From Pseudomonadota bacterium (GTDB lineage: Bacteria > UBA10199 > 2-02-FULL-44-16 > JAAZCA01): DNA of 64,000 nucleotides. The notes below the pieces were generated by a model. The model made no database searches, was not told where the DNA came from, and saw only the letters and a program-made list of their open reading frames with translations. Positions 1 through 9,448 of this stretch are shown piece by piece. Positions within the stretch are counted from its first letter, which is position 1. Each line of letters starts with the position of its first letter. The stretch spans positions 8,135-72,134 of the forward strand of contig JAFGMW010000030.1 of assembly GCA_016927275.1 (NCBI GenBank), in the 5' to 3' direction. Both the position numbers and the translations under genes were made by a program.

Positions 1-39
1 TTCGTGCTCGCGCCCGCTGAGAAGAAGGCGGCCGAGTAG
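1..39 (+). CDS. 3' end of upstream gene (possibly ribosomal protein S1, by gene order)
   Basis: Frame FVLAPAEKKAAE* ends at 39; rpsA often precedes sppA-ihfB; identity is from context only. Confidence 0.25.
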   Translation, partial: FVLAPAEKKAAE

Positions 40-59
40 AGTCACCCCGGGGGAGCTCA

Positions 60-935
60 ATGCGCAGCCGGTGGATCATCCTCATCGTCATCCTCGCGGG
101 AGCGGCCGTGACGGCGTTCGCGGCCGGCATGGCGGCCTTCTGCGCGGTCGCGGGCCGCGACTCGTCGGTGTTCGGCAGCAGGGTCGGCGTGATCACTGTG
201 AAGGGGCCGATCATCTCCGCCGACGACGCGGTCAGGGACATCGCTGCGATGAAGAGGGACGACGGCGTGAAGGCGGTGGTGCTGCGCATCGAGACGCCGG
301 GCGGCTCGGTCGGCGCCTCGCAGGAGATTCTCGAGGCGGTGAGGCTGCTCGCCGAGGTCAAGCCTGTCGTCGCTTCCATGGGGTCCATCGCCGCGAGCGG
401 CGGGTACTACCTGGCCTGCGGGGCCACGAAGATACTCGCCAACCCCGGCACGATCACCGGATCGATCGGCGTGAGGATGGAGCACGTGGCCATAGGCGAT
501 CTGCTCCGGTGGGCCAAGGTGGACGTCGAGACGCTCAAGAGCGGCAGGTACAAGGACATAGGCTCCATAGACAGGCCGCTCGGCCCCGAGGAAAAGGAGA
601 TCCTGCAGGGAGTCCTCGACGAGCTGCGCGAGCAGTTCAAGGGCACGGTGGCCGCGGCCAGGAACCTCCCGATGGAGAAGGTCGACGCCCTCGCCGACGG
701 CAGGATGTTCACAGGCACGCGGGCCGTGGAGCTCGGCCTCGTCGACGGCACCGGCGGCTTCGCCGAGGCCATAAAGCTCGCGGCGGAGCTGGGCGGGATA
801 AAGGGCGAGCCGGAGCTCTCCTATCCCAAAAAGCGCGGAGGGTGGATAAAGAGGATGATGGAGGCGGCGGGGGGGGCGGCCGGCTCGCTCGCGGCATCCG
901 CCGACGATCACTGGCGGCCTGCGATGAAGATGTAG
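60..935 (+). CDS. sppA: Signal peptide peptidase SppA (S49, short form)
   Basis: N-terminal TM; LRIETPGG, SMGSIAASGGYY, TGSIGV, KSGRYKD motifs. Confidence 0.93.
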   Translation: MRSRWIILIVILAGAAVTAFAAGMAAFCAVAGRDSSVFGSRVGVITVKGPIISADDAVRDIAAMKRDDGVKAVVLRIETPGGSVGASQEILEAVRLLAEVKPVVASMGSIAASGGYYLACGATKILANPGTITGSIGVRMEHVAIGDLLRWAKVDVETLKSGRYKDIGSIDRPLGPEEKEILQGVLDELREQFKGTVAAARNLPMEKVDALADGRMFTGTRAVELGLVDGTGGFAEAIKLAAELGGIKGEPELSYPKKRGGWIKRMMEAAGGAAGSLAASADDHWRPAMKM

Positions 936-976
936 GGGGACGATCTCAACCGAACTGCGATGAAAGGAGGACGGCC

Positions 977-1261
977 TTGAACAAGAGCGATCTGATCGAG
1001 ATGCTTTCAAAGAAGCTGCCAAACCTCGCCGCGAGGGACGTGGAGGTGATTGTCAACACCGTCTTCGACAGCATGACCGACGCCCTGGGGCGCAGCGAGC
1101 GCATCGAGATCCGCGGTTTCGGGAGTTTTGAGGTCCGCGTGCGAAAGCCCAGGATGGGCCGCAACCCAAAGACCGGACAGTCGGTCGACGTGGGCGAGAG
1201 GCACGTGCCTTTCTTCAAGGTCGGCAAGGAGCTGCGCGAGCGCGTCAACAAGGGGGCCTGA
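977..1261 (+). CDS. ihfB: Integration host factor beta / HU family
   Basis: TTG start after AGGAGG; NKSDLIE...IEIRGFGSF...GRNPKTG...VPFFKVGKELRERVN. Confidence 0.92.
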   Translation: MNKSDLIEMLSKKLPNLAARDVEVIVNTVFDSMTDALGRSERIEIRGFGSFEVRVRKPRMGRNPKTGQSVDVGERHVPFFKVGKELRERVNKGA

Positions 1262-1755
1262 TGGAACGCCTCTGGGCGCCCTGGCGCATGAAGTTCATAG
1301 AGGAGCTTCGCGACAAGGGCTCGGGCTGCATCTTCTGCGAGCTCGCAGCGCCCGGCGACGACCGCAAAAGGCTCATCCTCCACAGGGGCGAGAGCTGCTA
1401 CGCGGTCATGAACCGCTACCCCTACAACAACGGACACATGATGGTGGTGCCCTACAGGCACGAGGGCGAGCTGGGAGGCCTGGCGGCGGCGGAGCACCGG
1501 GAGATGCTCTCCGTCTGCGCGCACGCGGTGCGGATAATGCGCGACGCGATGGAGGCGGAGGGGTTCAACATAGGGCTAAACATCGGCGCGGTCGCGGGCG
1601 CCGGCGTCGCCGACCACATCCACATGCACCTCGTCCCCAGGTGGCGGGGGGACTCGAACTTCTTGCCCGTGCTGGGCGAGACGAAGTGCATGCCGGAGTA
1701 TCTCGAGGACACCTACGCCCGTCTGATCGACGGGTTCTCGGCCATCGGCCGGTGA
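1261..1755 (+). CDS. HIT family hydrolase
   Basis: LWAPWR, CIFC, NRYPYNNGH, HIHMH histidine triad. Confidence 0.92.
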   Translation: MERLWAPWRMKFIEELRDKGSGCIFCELAAPGDDRKRLILHRGESCYAVMNRYPYNNGHMMVVPYRHEGELGGLAAAEHREMLSVCAHAVRIMRDAMEAEGFNIGLNIGAVAGAGVADHIHMHLVPRWRGDSNFLPVLGETKCMPEYLEDTYARLIDGFSAIGR

Positions 1756-1768
1756 AAAGGGGGGATCG

Positions 1769-2140
1769 ATGAAACGGCTGATCTTCGCGCTCGTGATGGC
1801 GGTTCTCTTCTTCACGCTCCTCAACTTCGTCTACTGCAATCTGGGCGGCGACGTCTTCGGCTACAGGGTCGTCTTCAAGTTCAGCATACCTTATATCCTG
1901 GCGGTCCAGTCGACGCCGCTGCCCATGGGCTTCGTGATCCTGGCCGCGTTCTGCACCGGCATGATCACGATCGCGCTGCTGGAGGCGCTGCCGTCGTTCT
2001 TCAAGACGCTCGAGATCCGCTCCAAGAACAAGAAGATCCGCCAGCTCGAGCGCGAGCTCTCGGTTGTGCGGCAGCTGTCCGATAAGCCCGCAGAGTTGCC
2101 CGAGGAAGAGAAAATCAAAAATCCCGGCGTGTCATCCTGA
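1769..2140 (+). CDS. LapA/DUF1049-like membrane protein
   Basis: Two TM segments then a basic coiled coil (KKIRQLEREL); located downstream of ihfB. Confidence 0.6.
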   Translation: MKRLIFALVMAVLFFTLLNFVYCNLGGDVFGYRVVFKFSIPYILAVQSTPLPMGFVILAAFCTGMITIALLEALPSFFKTLEIRSKNKKIRQLERELSVVRQLSDKPAELPEEEKIKNPGVSS

Positions 2141-2164
2141 GGAGCGGCATGCAGGGTTTATTCA

Positions 2165-2929
2165 CTACCCCCGCATCCCCTTCACAGACCTGCGGATCTT
2201 CCTGAGCTCGGTCTTGGGCTTGCCCTCGGCCTCGGCCGCCTTCTCCGTCCTTCGGGCCTTCTCCAGGGCGCGCAGCCCCTCCGCCTTCGCCTCGACCCTC
2301 GTTGCGGGCGCGGCGGTGAAGGAGGAGGCCTGCATCGCGGCGGCAGCCGAGACCGCGTCGATCTCGGCGCGCTCCACCGCATCGTGGACCTCCTCGCCCT
2401 TGGTCTTGAGCATGTGGTTGAGAAGGATCTCGAGGTTGCGCAGCGGGGAGGGGTACTTGTCGAGCAGCTTCTTGATCCTGGTCTTGGCCGGACCCTTGAC
2501 GAGGATGAGGCCGTCGGGCCCGCGGAACTCCTCCTTCAGCTTCTCGACCGAGGCCCTGAGCTCCGCCTCGGGCAGAATGCACGAGGGCGCGATAGAGGCC
2601 TCGACAAGCTCGTCCAATCCGTCGTCCGTGTATTTGCCCTCGTTTATCATCATCGCGTCGAACGGGATGCGGATCTCGCCCCTGTAGCGCCAGCGGTCCA
2701 GCGACATGAACTGGTCGCGGGTGAGCAGGAATGTGCCGTCCGCCTGCCGCATGGGCTCGAAGATCGCCTTCCACTCCTGCATGTTGATGCGGGCGGTGTC
2801 CACGAACCCCATGGCCCAGAGCTGCTCCACGTCGAACTCGGTGTAGCGCAGGTGTCTGCCGTCGGGGCTCTTCTCGAGCGTGCTCCAGAGGTACTCCATT
2901 ACGTCGAACTGATCGAGATGCAGGGCCAT
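2165..2929 (-). CDS. Hypothetical protein, 254 aa
   Basis: AGGAG RBS, host-like codon usage, globular composition; no family recognised. Confidence 0.75.
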   Translation of the reverse strand: MALHLDQFDVMEYLWSTLEKSPDGRHLRYTEFDVEQLWAMGFVDTARINMQEWKAIFEPMRQADGTFLLTRDQFMSLDRWRYRGEIRIPFDAMMINEGKYTDDGLDELVEASIAPSCILPEAELRASVEKLKEEFRGPDGLILVKGPAKTRIKKLLDKYPSPLRNLEILLNHMLKTKGEEVHDAVERAEIDAVSAAAAMQASSFTAAPATRVEAKAEGLRALEKARRTEKAAEAEGKPKTELRKIRRSVKGMRG

Positions 2930-2969
2930 ATCCGGCTCCTTAATTTCTTATTTCTGCCTGTCGGCAGGA

Positions 2970-3118
2970 TGTCGTCGTGTCGTTGAACTCTGTTTCGCTA
3001 CGGCTCGTTCGCTCAGGCGCCGCTCGCTCGCCTGCGTCTCTTCGCCGCGTTCATCATAAGGCTATTGTTTCGCGGCGAATTCACACGCCGCTCAACAGAG
3101 TTCAGCGACCCGCCGACA
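2970..3118. repeat. Nested inverted-repeat element (MITE/REPIN-like or structured RNA)
   Basis: 25-bp terminal IRs 2970-2994 and 3094-3118 (22/25 match); inner IR TTCGCCGCG/CGCGGCGAA at 3041-3049 and 3071-3079. Confidence 0.6.
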
Positions 3119-3171
3119 CCAGAGGTCGATAAATTACAAAACGCATAATAAATCGGAGAGTTAGGGTTGTC

Positions 3172-3204
3172 AAAAAAGAAAAGGGGATGAGCGAGTCATC
3201 CCCT
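3172..3204 (-). terminator. Rho-independent terminator of the three-gene operon
   Basis: Minus strand AGGGGATGA-loop-TCATCCCCT followed by TTTCTTTTTT. Confidence 0.8.
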
Positions 3205-3227
3205 GTGCGTCCGTTGATCCGATCGGC

Positions 3228-3749
3228 TCAGAAGCCGACCGGCGAGCCAAAGGAGTATTTGCCGCGGAAGAGCCGATCCACCGCCTTGGTGTCGAGCTTG
3301 CCGGTCTTCTCGCTCTTTTTCTTCTCCTCGATCCTGGCCTTCACGACCTTGAGCTGGCTCTCGGCCTTGGCCCTCTCCTCGACCGCCGCGTTGTACTGTT
3401 TCTGGCCGTCGACCTTGGCGGCGATACCCTTCTCCTGCCAGATGGCCTGATCCTTCACCATCTCCTTCTGGATTCCGGCCATCTTGTCCTGGTGATCCAG
3501 GGTGCTGATCTGCGAATCCCTCTGGGACTCCATCTGTTTCTTGCCCTGCACGTAGCCGATTATGCTCGAGCAGATCCCTGCGATCGCGGAGCCGGCGCTC
3601 ATGGCGAAGCTGCCCGCCGCTATGCCCTCCATGCCGGACAGGCCGGCATCGGCGGCCGGAGTCTCCATCGTTTCAGCGAAGACAAGGCCACTTATGTTCG
3701 CTGGGGGTTGCGGCATGCTGACCGCCAGGTTTGGATTCGCTGCTGTCAT
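3228..3749 (-). CDS. Hypothetical protein (Gly/Ala hydrophobic helix plus coiled coil)
   Basis: GGGAG RBS; hydrophobic segment SAGSAIAGICSSIIGY; Q/K/E-rich helix; ends YSFGSPVGF. Confidence 0.75.
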   Translation of the reverse strand: MTAANPNLAVSMPQPPANISGLVFAETMETPAADAGLSGMEGIAAGSFAMSAGSAIAGICSSIIGYVQGKKQMESQRDSQISTLDHQDKMAGIQKEMVKDQAIWQEKGIAAKVDGQKQYNAAVEERAKAESQLKVVKARIEEKKKSEKTGKLDTKAVDRLFRGKYSFGSPVGF

Positions 3750-3764
3750 TGGTCTCTCCCTCTC

Positions 3765-4376
3765 TCAAGCTGCTATCGCCGGGCTGCCCAGATCCCACCC
3801 CGAGCGGCTGAACGCGTCGGTCACCGAGAAGATCTTCGCGCGCTCGTTCTTGCCGCTCTCCGCAATGGCCGCGAGCCTCGCCTTGGTGTTGCCGTCGAGC
3901 TTGGCCATCTTCTCCTCGTGGCGGCACTGCTCGGTGTGCATCCTGGTCTGCGCGTCGATCGCCTTCTCCTGCACGCCGATCTGGGCGAGCGAGGCCTCCA
4001 GCTGGTACGATGCGATGTTGTCCTGGACCTCGTAGTACTTGGTCGCGATATCGACCTGGGCTTCCATGGCCTTGTTCGCAAGGCCGTAGTTGCACAGCAT
4101 GTTGGCCAGCCCGTTGAGCATGCCGCCGGCCTGGAGCCCGAACTGGCCCCACATGTAGCCCTGCATGAACTTCTCGTTCTTGGGGGCCCAGTCGATGTCG
4201 ATGTTGGGTCCGCCCTGCGGGGTCATGGGCTGGTTCGGCAGGGTCACCGGCGTGAAGGCAGGGGGCTGGGAGAGGGCCTGCTGAGGCCCGTACCCCTGCT
4301 GCTGTGCATAGCCCTGCTGCGGCGGGTAACCGGCCGGCTGGTTCGAGTTGCTGTAGAGTTGGCCTGCGCTCATCAT
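3765..4376 (-). CDS. Hypothetical protein (Q/P-rich N-terminus, amphipathic helix, coiled coil)
   Basis: AAGGAG RBS; GLQAGGMLNGLANML segment; ends WDLGSPAIAA. Confidence 0.75.
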   Translation of the reverse strand: MMSAGQLYSNSNQPAGYPPQQGYAQQQGYGPQQALSQPPAFTPVTLPNQPMTPQGGPNIDIDWAPKNEKFMQGYMWGQFGLQAGGMLNGLANMLCNYGLANKAMEAQVDIATKYYEVQDNIASYQLEASLAQIGVQEKAIDAQTRMHTEQCRHEEKMAKLDGNTKARLAAIAESGKNERAKIFSVTDAFSRSGWDLGSPAIAA

Positions 4377-4387
4377 AATATTCTCCT

Positions 4388-4819
4388 TTATGCGTTGGTC
4401 TGGCCCTGGGACTGCGAGTTCGACTGCTCAGAGCCGCCGGCCGGCTGGGCCGGCTTTCCATAATTGTAGCCCTTCGGCTTTGATCCGGCGTCCGCCTTCA
4501 TGACCGCGATCGTTTCGTATTTGGTCTTCCTGGACCTGAACTGCTCGACCATGATCGCGCTGCCCATGGCCATGATGTTCTTCAGGTGCTTGCGCTCGTT
4601 CTGCTTGTAGGCCATGTCCTTCTGGGCCTGGAGGCGGTTCTCCGCCTTTTCCTCCGCTTCGTCCTGCTTATCGAGCATCTCGTCCTGCAGCTCTTCCGCC
4701 TGCTGCGCCTGTGAGACACCCACGCCGACGCTCACAGCGATGCTCACGGCACCTACGATAAGCCCCGCGATGAGCGTGCCGCATCCGAGAATGGCTTGAA
4801 CTCCCATGATTCCGATCAT
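4388..4819 (-). CDS. Hypothetical protein (N-terminal hydrophobic helix plus coiled coil)
   Basis: AGGAG RBS before ATG at 4819; LIAGLIVGAVSIAVSVGVG; YNYGKP near the C-terminus. Confidence 0.75.
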   Translation of the reverse strand: MIGIMGVQAILGCGTLIAGLIVGAVSIAVSVGVGVSQAQQAEELQDEMLDKQDEAEEKAENRLQAQKDMAYKQNERKHLKNIMAMGSAIMVEQFRSRKTKYETIAVMKADAGSKPKGYNYGKPAQPAGGSEQSNSQSQGQTNA

Positions 4820-4851
4820 ATTTTTCTCCTGGGGCCTTCCCCTCGTCAGTA

Positions 4852-4880
4852 TTATCGGCAGCCCGTGGACCAAAAGTTGC
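4852..4880 (-). promoter_or_regulatory. Sigma28 (FliA)-like promoter
   Basis: Exact GCCGATAA -10 element 32 nt upstream of the ATG; -35 region non-canonical (GCAACTTTT). Confidence 0.5.
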
Positions 4881-4959
4881 GTGCGGACCGAAAAAAAACG
4901 CGACAAAAACACCTCCATTATCCTTGCCTTAGGCTGTGCCGCTATGATAGCGCACCCCT

Positions 4960-7590
4960 GTGTCCGGCCCTGACCCCAGAGATCCCGCTGCCACCCCCAT
5001 GCTCAGGCAGTACCAGCGTATAAAGTCCCTGCACCCTGACTCCATCCTCATGTTCAGGCTCGGCGATTTTTATGAAATGTTTTATAAAGACGCAGAGTTA
5101 GCTTCAAGCATATTAGGTATTACATTAACTTCCAGGAACAAAAACGCGCCTGATTCAGTGCCGTTGTGCGGGGTCCCTTATCATTCGGTGGAGCCCTATA
5201 TCGTCAAATTGCTGAAAGAAGGGCACAAAGTGGCCCTCTGCGACCAGGTCGAGGACCCGAAGGCGGCCAGGGGGATAGTGAGGCGTGAGGTCACAAGGGT
5301 ATTTACCCCGGGGGTCATAGCGGACGGCCTGGGGCTTGAGGCTGCGTGCTCCAACAACCTTGCCAGCGTCTATATAAATGATGGGGCAATAGGCCTTGCC
5401 TGCGCAGACGCCTCGACCGGCTTTTTCGAGGCCTCCATTCACAGGGGCCTGCCCGAGCTCAACCAGGAGCTGGCCAGGCTCGAGCCGAGGGAGGTCCTCG
5501 TCCCATCCACGGACGGGGGGCCCTCTGAGATAGAGGCGTCAATGGGCCGGGCCTTCCCCGATCTCTTCGTCACGAGGGTCGAGGCAGAGCGGTTCGACCC
5601 CGCCCTGATACAAGGTCTCGAGGGCGCGGCGGTACTTGCGAGGGAGATGCCCGAGGCGGCCAGGGCAGCGGGCGGGCTCATGTCGTACCTCGCCGCCACC
5701 CAGATGGGCCGCACCGGTCAGATGACGGGGGTGAGGGTTGCGGCCAGGGCAGGGGTGATGCGCATGGACGAGGAGACCAGGCGAAACCTGGAGCTCACCG
5801 AGACCATGCGGGACAGGGCCAGGGAGGGGTCTCTCCTCTGGGCGCTCGACCGCACGAAGACCGCTGGAGGCGCCCGCCTCATGAGGCGCTGGGTGCTGGC
5901 CCCCCTCACCGACGTGGCCGGGATAAACGCGCGCCTCGATTCGGTGGAGGCGATCGCAGGGTCGCCGGCCCTCATGCGCGCGCTCGGCGATGCTCTCGGC
6001 GGGGTCTACGACATCGAGCGGATCGCCAGCCGCGCCGCCTCGGGGGTCGCGGGCGTCCGCGACCTGGTGGCGCTCGCCCGCTCGCTCGATGCGGCGGCTG
6101 AAATCAGGGGGCTGCTCTTTGGCACGGAGGGGCTCCTCTCGACCCTTGCGCGCTCGATCGACGACCTCCCCGAGCTCAGGGAGAGGATTGCGCGCACGCT
6201 GGTGGATGAGCCGCCCCTCTCCGCCCGCGAGGGGGGGCTCATAAGGCAGGGCTTCTGCCCCGAGCTGGACGGGATAAGGCAGGCGGTCTCCGGGAGCAGG
6301 CAGGTGATCGCCGGGATGGAGGAGTCGGAGCGCAAATCCACGGGCATCAACTCGCTCAAGATACGGTTCAACCGCGTCTTCGGCTATTACATAGAGATCA
6401 CCAACGCGAACAGGGACAGGGTGCCCCCGCGCTACATCCGCAGGCAGACGCTGGCGAACGCGGAGCGCTTCGTCACGCCAAAGCTCAAGGAGCACGAGGA
6501 GAGGGTGCTCGGCGGCGAGGAGCGGGCCAGGGCGATGGAGTTCGAGATCTTCGCCTCGCTCCGCGAAGAGGCGGGCCGCGAGGTCGCCTCGCTCCAGCGC
6601 ACCGCCGAGGCCGCCGCGACGCTCGACGCGCTCGCCTCGTTCGCGCGCGTGGCGTCGGAATACGACTACTCGAGGCCCTCCGTGGACGACTCCCTCGCGA
6701 TCTCCATCCGGGACGGAAGGCACCCCATCGTGGAGAGGCTCTGCGCCGATCGCTTCGTGCCCAACGACGTGACGCTCAACGGCGACGACCTGAGGATGCT
6801 CATGATCACCGGCCCCAACATGGCCGGCAAGTCCACGGTGATGCGCCAGACCGCGCTGATCGCGCTCATGGCGCAGATCGGATCGTTCGTCCCCGCGCGC
6901 GGGGCGCGCATAGGGGTCGTGGACCGCATCTTCACGAGGGTCGGCGCCTCCGACGCGCTGGCGCAGGGCCGCTCGACGTTCATGGTCGAGATGTCGGAGG
7001 CGGCCGTGATACTCCGCGAGGCGGGCCCGAGGAGCCTCGTGGTCATAGACGAGATAGGCCGCGGCACCTCCACCTTCGACGGCCTGGCCATAGCGTGGGC
7101 GGTGGCGGAGGATCTGCACGACCGGGTGAAGGGGCGCACCATGTTCGCTACGCACTACCACGAGCTCACGGAGCTCGCGCTGACACGGCCCTCCATCTCG
7201 AACTTCCACGTGGCGGTGAGGGAGTGGAACGGAAAGGTCGTGTTCCTGAGGAAACTGACCCCCGGCTCGACATCTCACAGCTACGGGATACAGGTCGCCT
7301 CTCTCGCAGGGCTGCCCGACGCCGTGATATCCAGGGCTCGGGAGGTGCTCGCCAACCTCGAGGCGGGGGAGTTCGACGAGGCCGGGCGCCCCAGGATCGG
7401 CTCCTCCTCTCATGCGCAGCAGGCACAGCCCCGGGCGGCGCAGTATCGCCTCTTCACCGCCTCCGCGAAATCGGAGGTGGAGCGGATGCTCGGGGGGATA
7501 GACGCGAACTCGGTGACCCCGCTGGAGGCGCTGAACATCCTCCATGAGCTCGCCGCGAAGGTTGAAAACGGACGGGGCGATGGGCGTTGA
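4960..7590 (+). CDS. mutS: DNA mismatch repair protein MutS
   Basis: TPMLRQY, FRLGDFYEMF, TGPNMAGKST, DEIGRGTST, ATHYHEL. Confidence 0.98.
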   Translation: MSGPDPRDPAATPMLRQYQRIKSLHPDSILMFRLGDFYEMFYKDAELASSILGITLTSRNKNAPDSVPLCGVPYHSVEPYIVKLLKEGHKVALCDQVEDPKAARGIVRREVTRVFTPGVIADGLGLEAACSNNLASVYINDGAIGLACADASTGFFEASIHRGLPELNQELARLEPREVLVPSTDGGPSEIEASMGRAFPDLFVTRVEAERFDPALIQGLEGAAVLAREMPEAARAAGGLMSYLAATQMGRTGQMTGVRVAARAGVMRMDEETRRNLELTETMRDRAREGSLLWALDRTKTAGGARLMRRWVLAPLTDVAGINARLDSVEAIAGSPALMRALGDALGGVYDIERIASRAASGVAGVRDLVALARSLDAAAEIRGLLFGTEGLLSTLARSIDDLPELRERIARTLVDEPPLSAREGGLIRQGFCPELDGIRQAVSGSRQVIAGMEESERKSTGINSLKIRFNRVFGYYIEITNANRDRVPPRYIRRQTLANAERFVTPKLKEHEERVLGGEERARAMEFEIFASLREEAGREVASLQRTAEAAATLDALASFARVASEYDYSRPSVDDSLAISIRDGRHPIVERLCADRFVPNDVTLNGDDLRMLMITGPNMAGKSTVMRQTALIALMAQIGSFVPARGARIGVVDRIFTRVGASDALAQGRSTFMVEMSEAAVILREAGPRSLVVIDEIGRGTSTFDGLAIAWAVAEDLHDRVKGRTMFATHYHELTELALTRPSISNFHVAVREWNGKVVFLRKLTPGSTSHSYGIQVASLAGLPDAVISRAREVLANLEAGEFDEAGRPRIGSSSHAQQAQPRAAQYRLFTASAKSEVERMLGGIDANSVTPLEALNILHELAAKVENGRGDGR

Positions 7591-7624
7591 AAGCCCTGCC
7601 CCTTGGTGATAATATCCCCTGATC

Positions 7625-9448
7625 ATGAAGAGACTAGCTGCCCTGTGCTCCTTTGCCGCCATCGTTCTCGGCCCGGTCGCCGTCCATGCCGACCCCTCCG
7701 TGGCCGCCTATGAGAAGGCCAAGCCCTGCTACGCGAGGCTCACTTCCCCGGATGTGTCCGCGGCCCCTGAAAGGGAGTGGCGCGCCTGCATCTCCGCCTT
7801 CGAAGAGATCTATCGGAGCTACCCCACCGGTGGCAGGACGCCGGCGGCGCTCTTCTCCGCGGCCAAGCTCAAGGGGGCGCTCTACAGCGATAAGAGGGGC
7901 AGGGCGGACCTCGAGGGTGCGATAAAGGACTTGAACCTCCTCGTGAGGGAGTTCCCCAAAAGCCCGCTGGCCGACGACGCCCTCTATCTCATAGGGGTCA
8001 TGCGGCGGGACGACCTCAAGCAGCCCGACCGCGCGCAGAGGGCGTTCACGTTCATCATAGAGAACTACCCCGACGGGGACATGGTCTCGCAGGCGCGCGT
8101 CGCGCTGGAGAGCGGAGGCGTCAAGGCCGCGGAGGCCTCGCCCGCGTCGGCGAAGGCGGGCAAAAGTCGTTATCAGGCGGCGGGCCCCGGGGCGATGGAC
8201 TCCGCGGAGGTCTTCGCGATCGAGATGGCGGGCGCGCCGGCCGATGCCGCGGAGGCCCCGGCTTCGCCGGCCGCGCCTGCGGCGGGGGCGAGCAGGGAAC
8301 GGGCGCCGCCCCCTGCGGCCCCTAGGGCGGCGGCGACCGCGAAGGCGACCGCGTTCGACCGGGCGGCCCTCGAGGCGGTCCGCGTGACCGAGTCGAAGGG
8401 GCAGACCCTCGTGGAGCTCATCCTCGACAAGGACGTGGAGTACGCGGTCGAGTACACCGAGCGGGGTCCCAGGACCCGCTCCCCCGCGGTCCTCGATCTT
8501 TCGGTGTTTCACGCCTATGCCGCGCCGGCCGTCGAGAAGAAATCCGACGTCGGCACCCGGGAGCTCGTCTCCTACAGGATCGGCAAGATGCTGCTCTCGA
8601 GCGGGATCAAGGCATCGTTCGTCATGGCCCCCGATACGCGCTACGACATAAAGAACCGGGGCGGGGTGATCAGCGTGAGCTTCACCTCCGCGTCGGCATC
8701 ATCCCCCGCCGCGGCGCCGGCCGCAGGGCCCGGCGGCGACAGGGAGGGGGCCGCACCGTCCGGCGGTCCTTCGGCGATCAGGATAGTCGTGGATCCCGGT
8801 CACGGCGGCGACGACCAGGGCGCGGTGGGTCCAGGCGGCACCCTGGAGAAGGATGTCACTCTCGCGCTCTCCCGGAAGATCGCCGCCGCGCTGAGGAAGG
8901 AGATCGGCGCGAGGGTGTGGCTCACGAGGGACTCGGACAGGTCCATGACCCTTGAGGAGCGGCACGCCTTCGCGATCAGGAAGAGGGCCGACATCTTCAT
9001 ATCGGTGCACGCCAACGCATCGACGCACAGCTCCGCGTCCGGCGTCGAGACCTACTATCTCGACAACGCCACCGACGAGGCTGCCCGCAAACTCGCCGAC
9101 CGCGAGAACAGCTCCGCAGGCAAAAAGCTCTCACAGGTCGAGCACATCCTCTCCACGATGCTGCAGAACTACGACGCCGCCCTGTCGGCCGACCTTGCGC
9201 GCGACGTGCAGTCCAGGCTCGCCGGGCGTTTCGCCACGGTCAAGGACAGGGGCGTGCGGTCGGCCATGTTCTACGTGCTCGTGGGCGCGAAGTGCCCGGC
9301 GATCCTCGTCGAGGCCGCGTTCATATCCAACCCGCGCGAGGAGAAGCTGCTCGCGAGCGAGAAGTACCAGGGCAGGCTCGCCGAGGCCCTGGCCGCGGGA
9401 GTGTCGGAATACCTCAGGCGGAGAGAGGATCGCCTGGTGTCGCTGTGA
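7625..9448 (+). CDS. N-acetylmuramoyl-L-alanine amidase with TPR-like N-terminus
   Basis: Signal peptide; FPKSPLADDALY repeat; VVDPGHGG, EKDVTL, ISVHANA, LVEAAFISN. Confidence 0.92.
   Translation: MKRLAALCSFAAIVLGPVAVHADPSVAAYEKAKPCYARLTSPDVSAAPEREWRACISAFEEIYRSYPTGGRTPAALFSAAKLKGALYSDKRGRADLEGAIKDLNLLVREFPKSPLADDALYLIGVMRRDDLKQPDRAQRAFTFIIENYPDGDMVSQARVALESGGVKAAEASPASAKAGKSRYQAAGPGAMDSAEVFAIEMAGAPADAAEAPASPAAPAAGASRERAPPPAAPRAAATAKATAFDRAALEAVRVTESKGQTLVELILDKDVEYAVEYTERGPRTRSPAVLDLSVFHAYAAPAVEKKSDVGTRELVSYRIGKMLLSSGIKASFVMAPDTRYDIKNRGGVISVSFTSASASSPAAAPAAGPGGDREGAAPSGGPSAIRIVVDPGHGGDDQGAVGPGGTLEKDVTLALSRKIAAALRKEIGARVWLTRDSDRSMTLEERHAFAIRKRADIFISVHANASTHSSASGVETYYLDNATDEAARKLADRENSSAGKKLSQVEHILSTMLQNYDAALSADLARDVQSRLAGRFATVKDRGVRSAMFYVLVGAKCPAILVEAAFISNPREEKLLASEKYQGRLAEALAAGVSEYLRRREDRLVSL

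Noticed and set aside
71..976. Long N-terminal extensions in the ORF track (ihfB; also lepB, the sigma factor, gamma-CA, glnD, acpS, tsaE)
   Set aside because: They overlap neighbouring genes or repeat arrays; downstream starts fit the RBS or family N-terminus better.
3228..4819. Prophage remnant
   Set aside because: No capsid, terminase, integrase or other phage genes nearby; the operon has its own promoter candidate and terminator.
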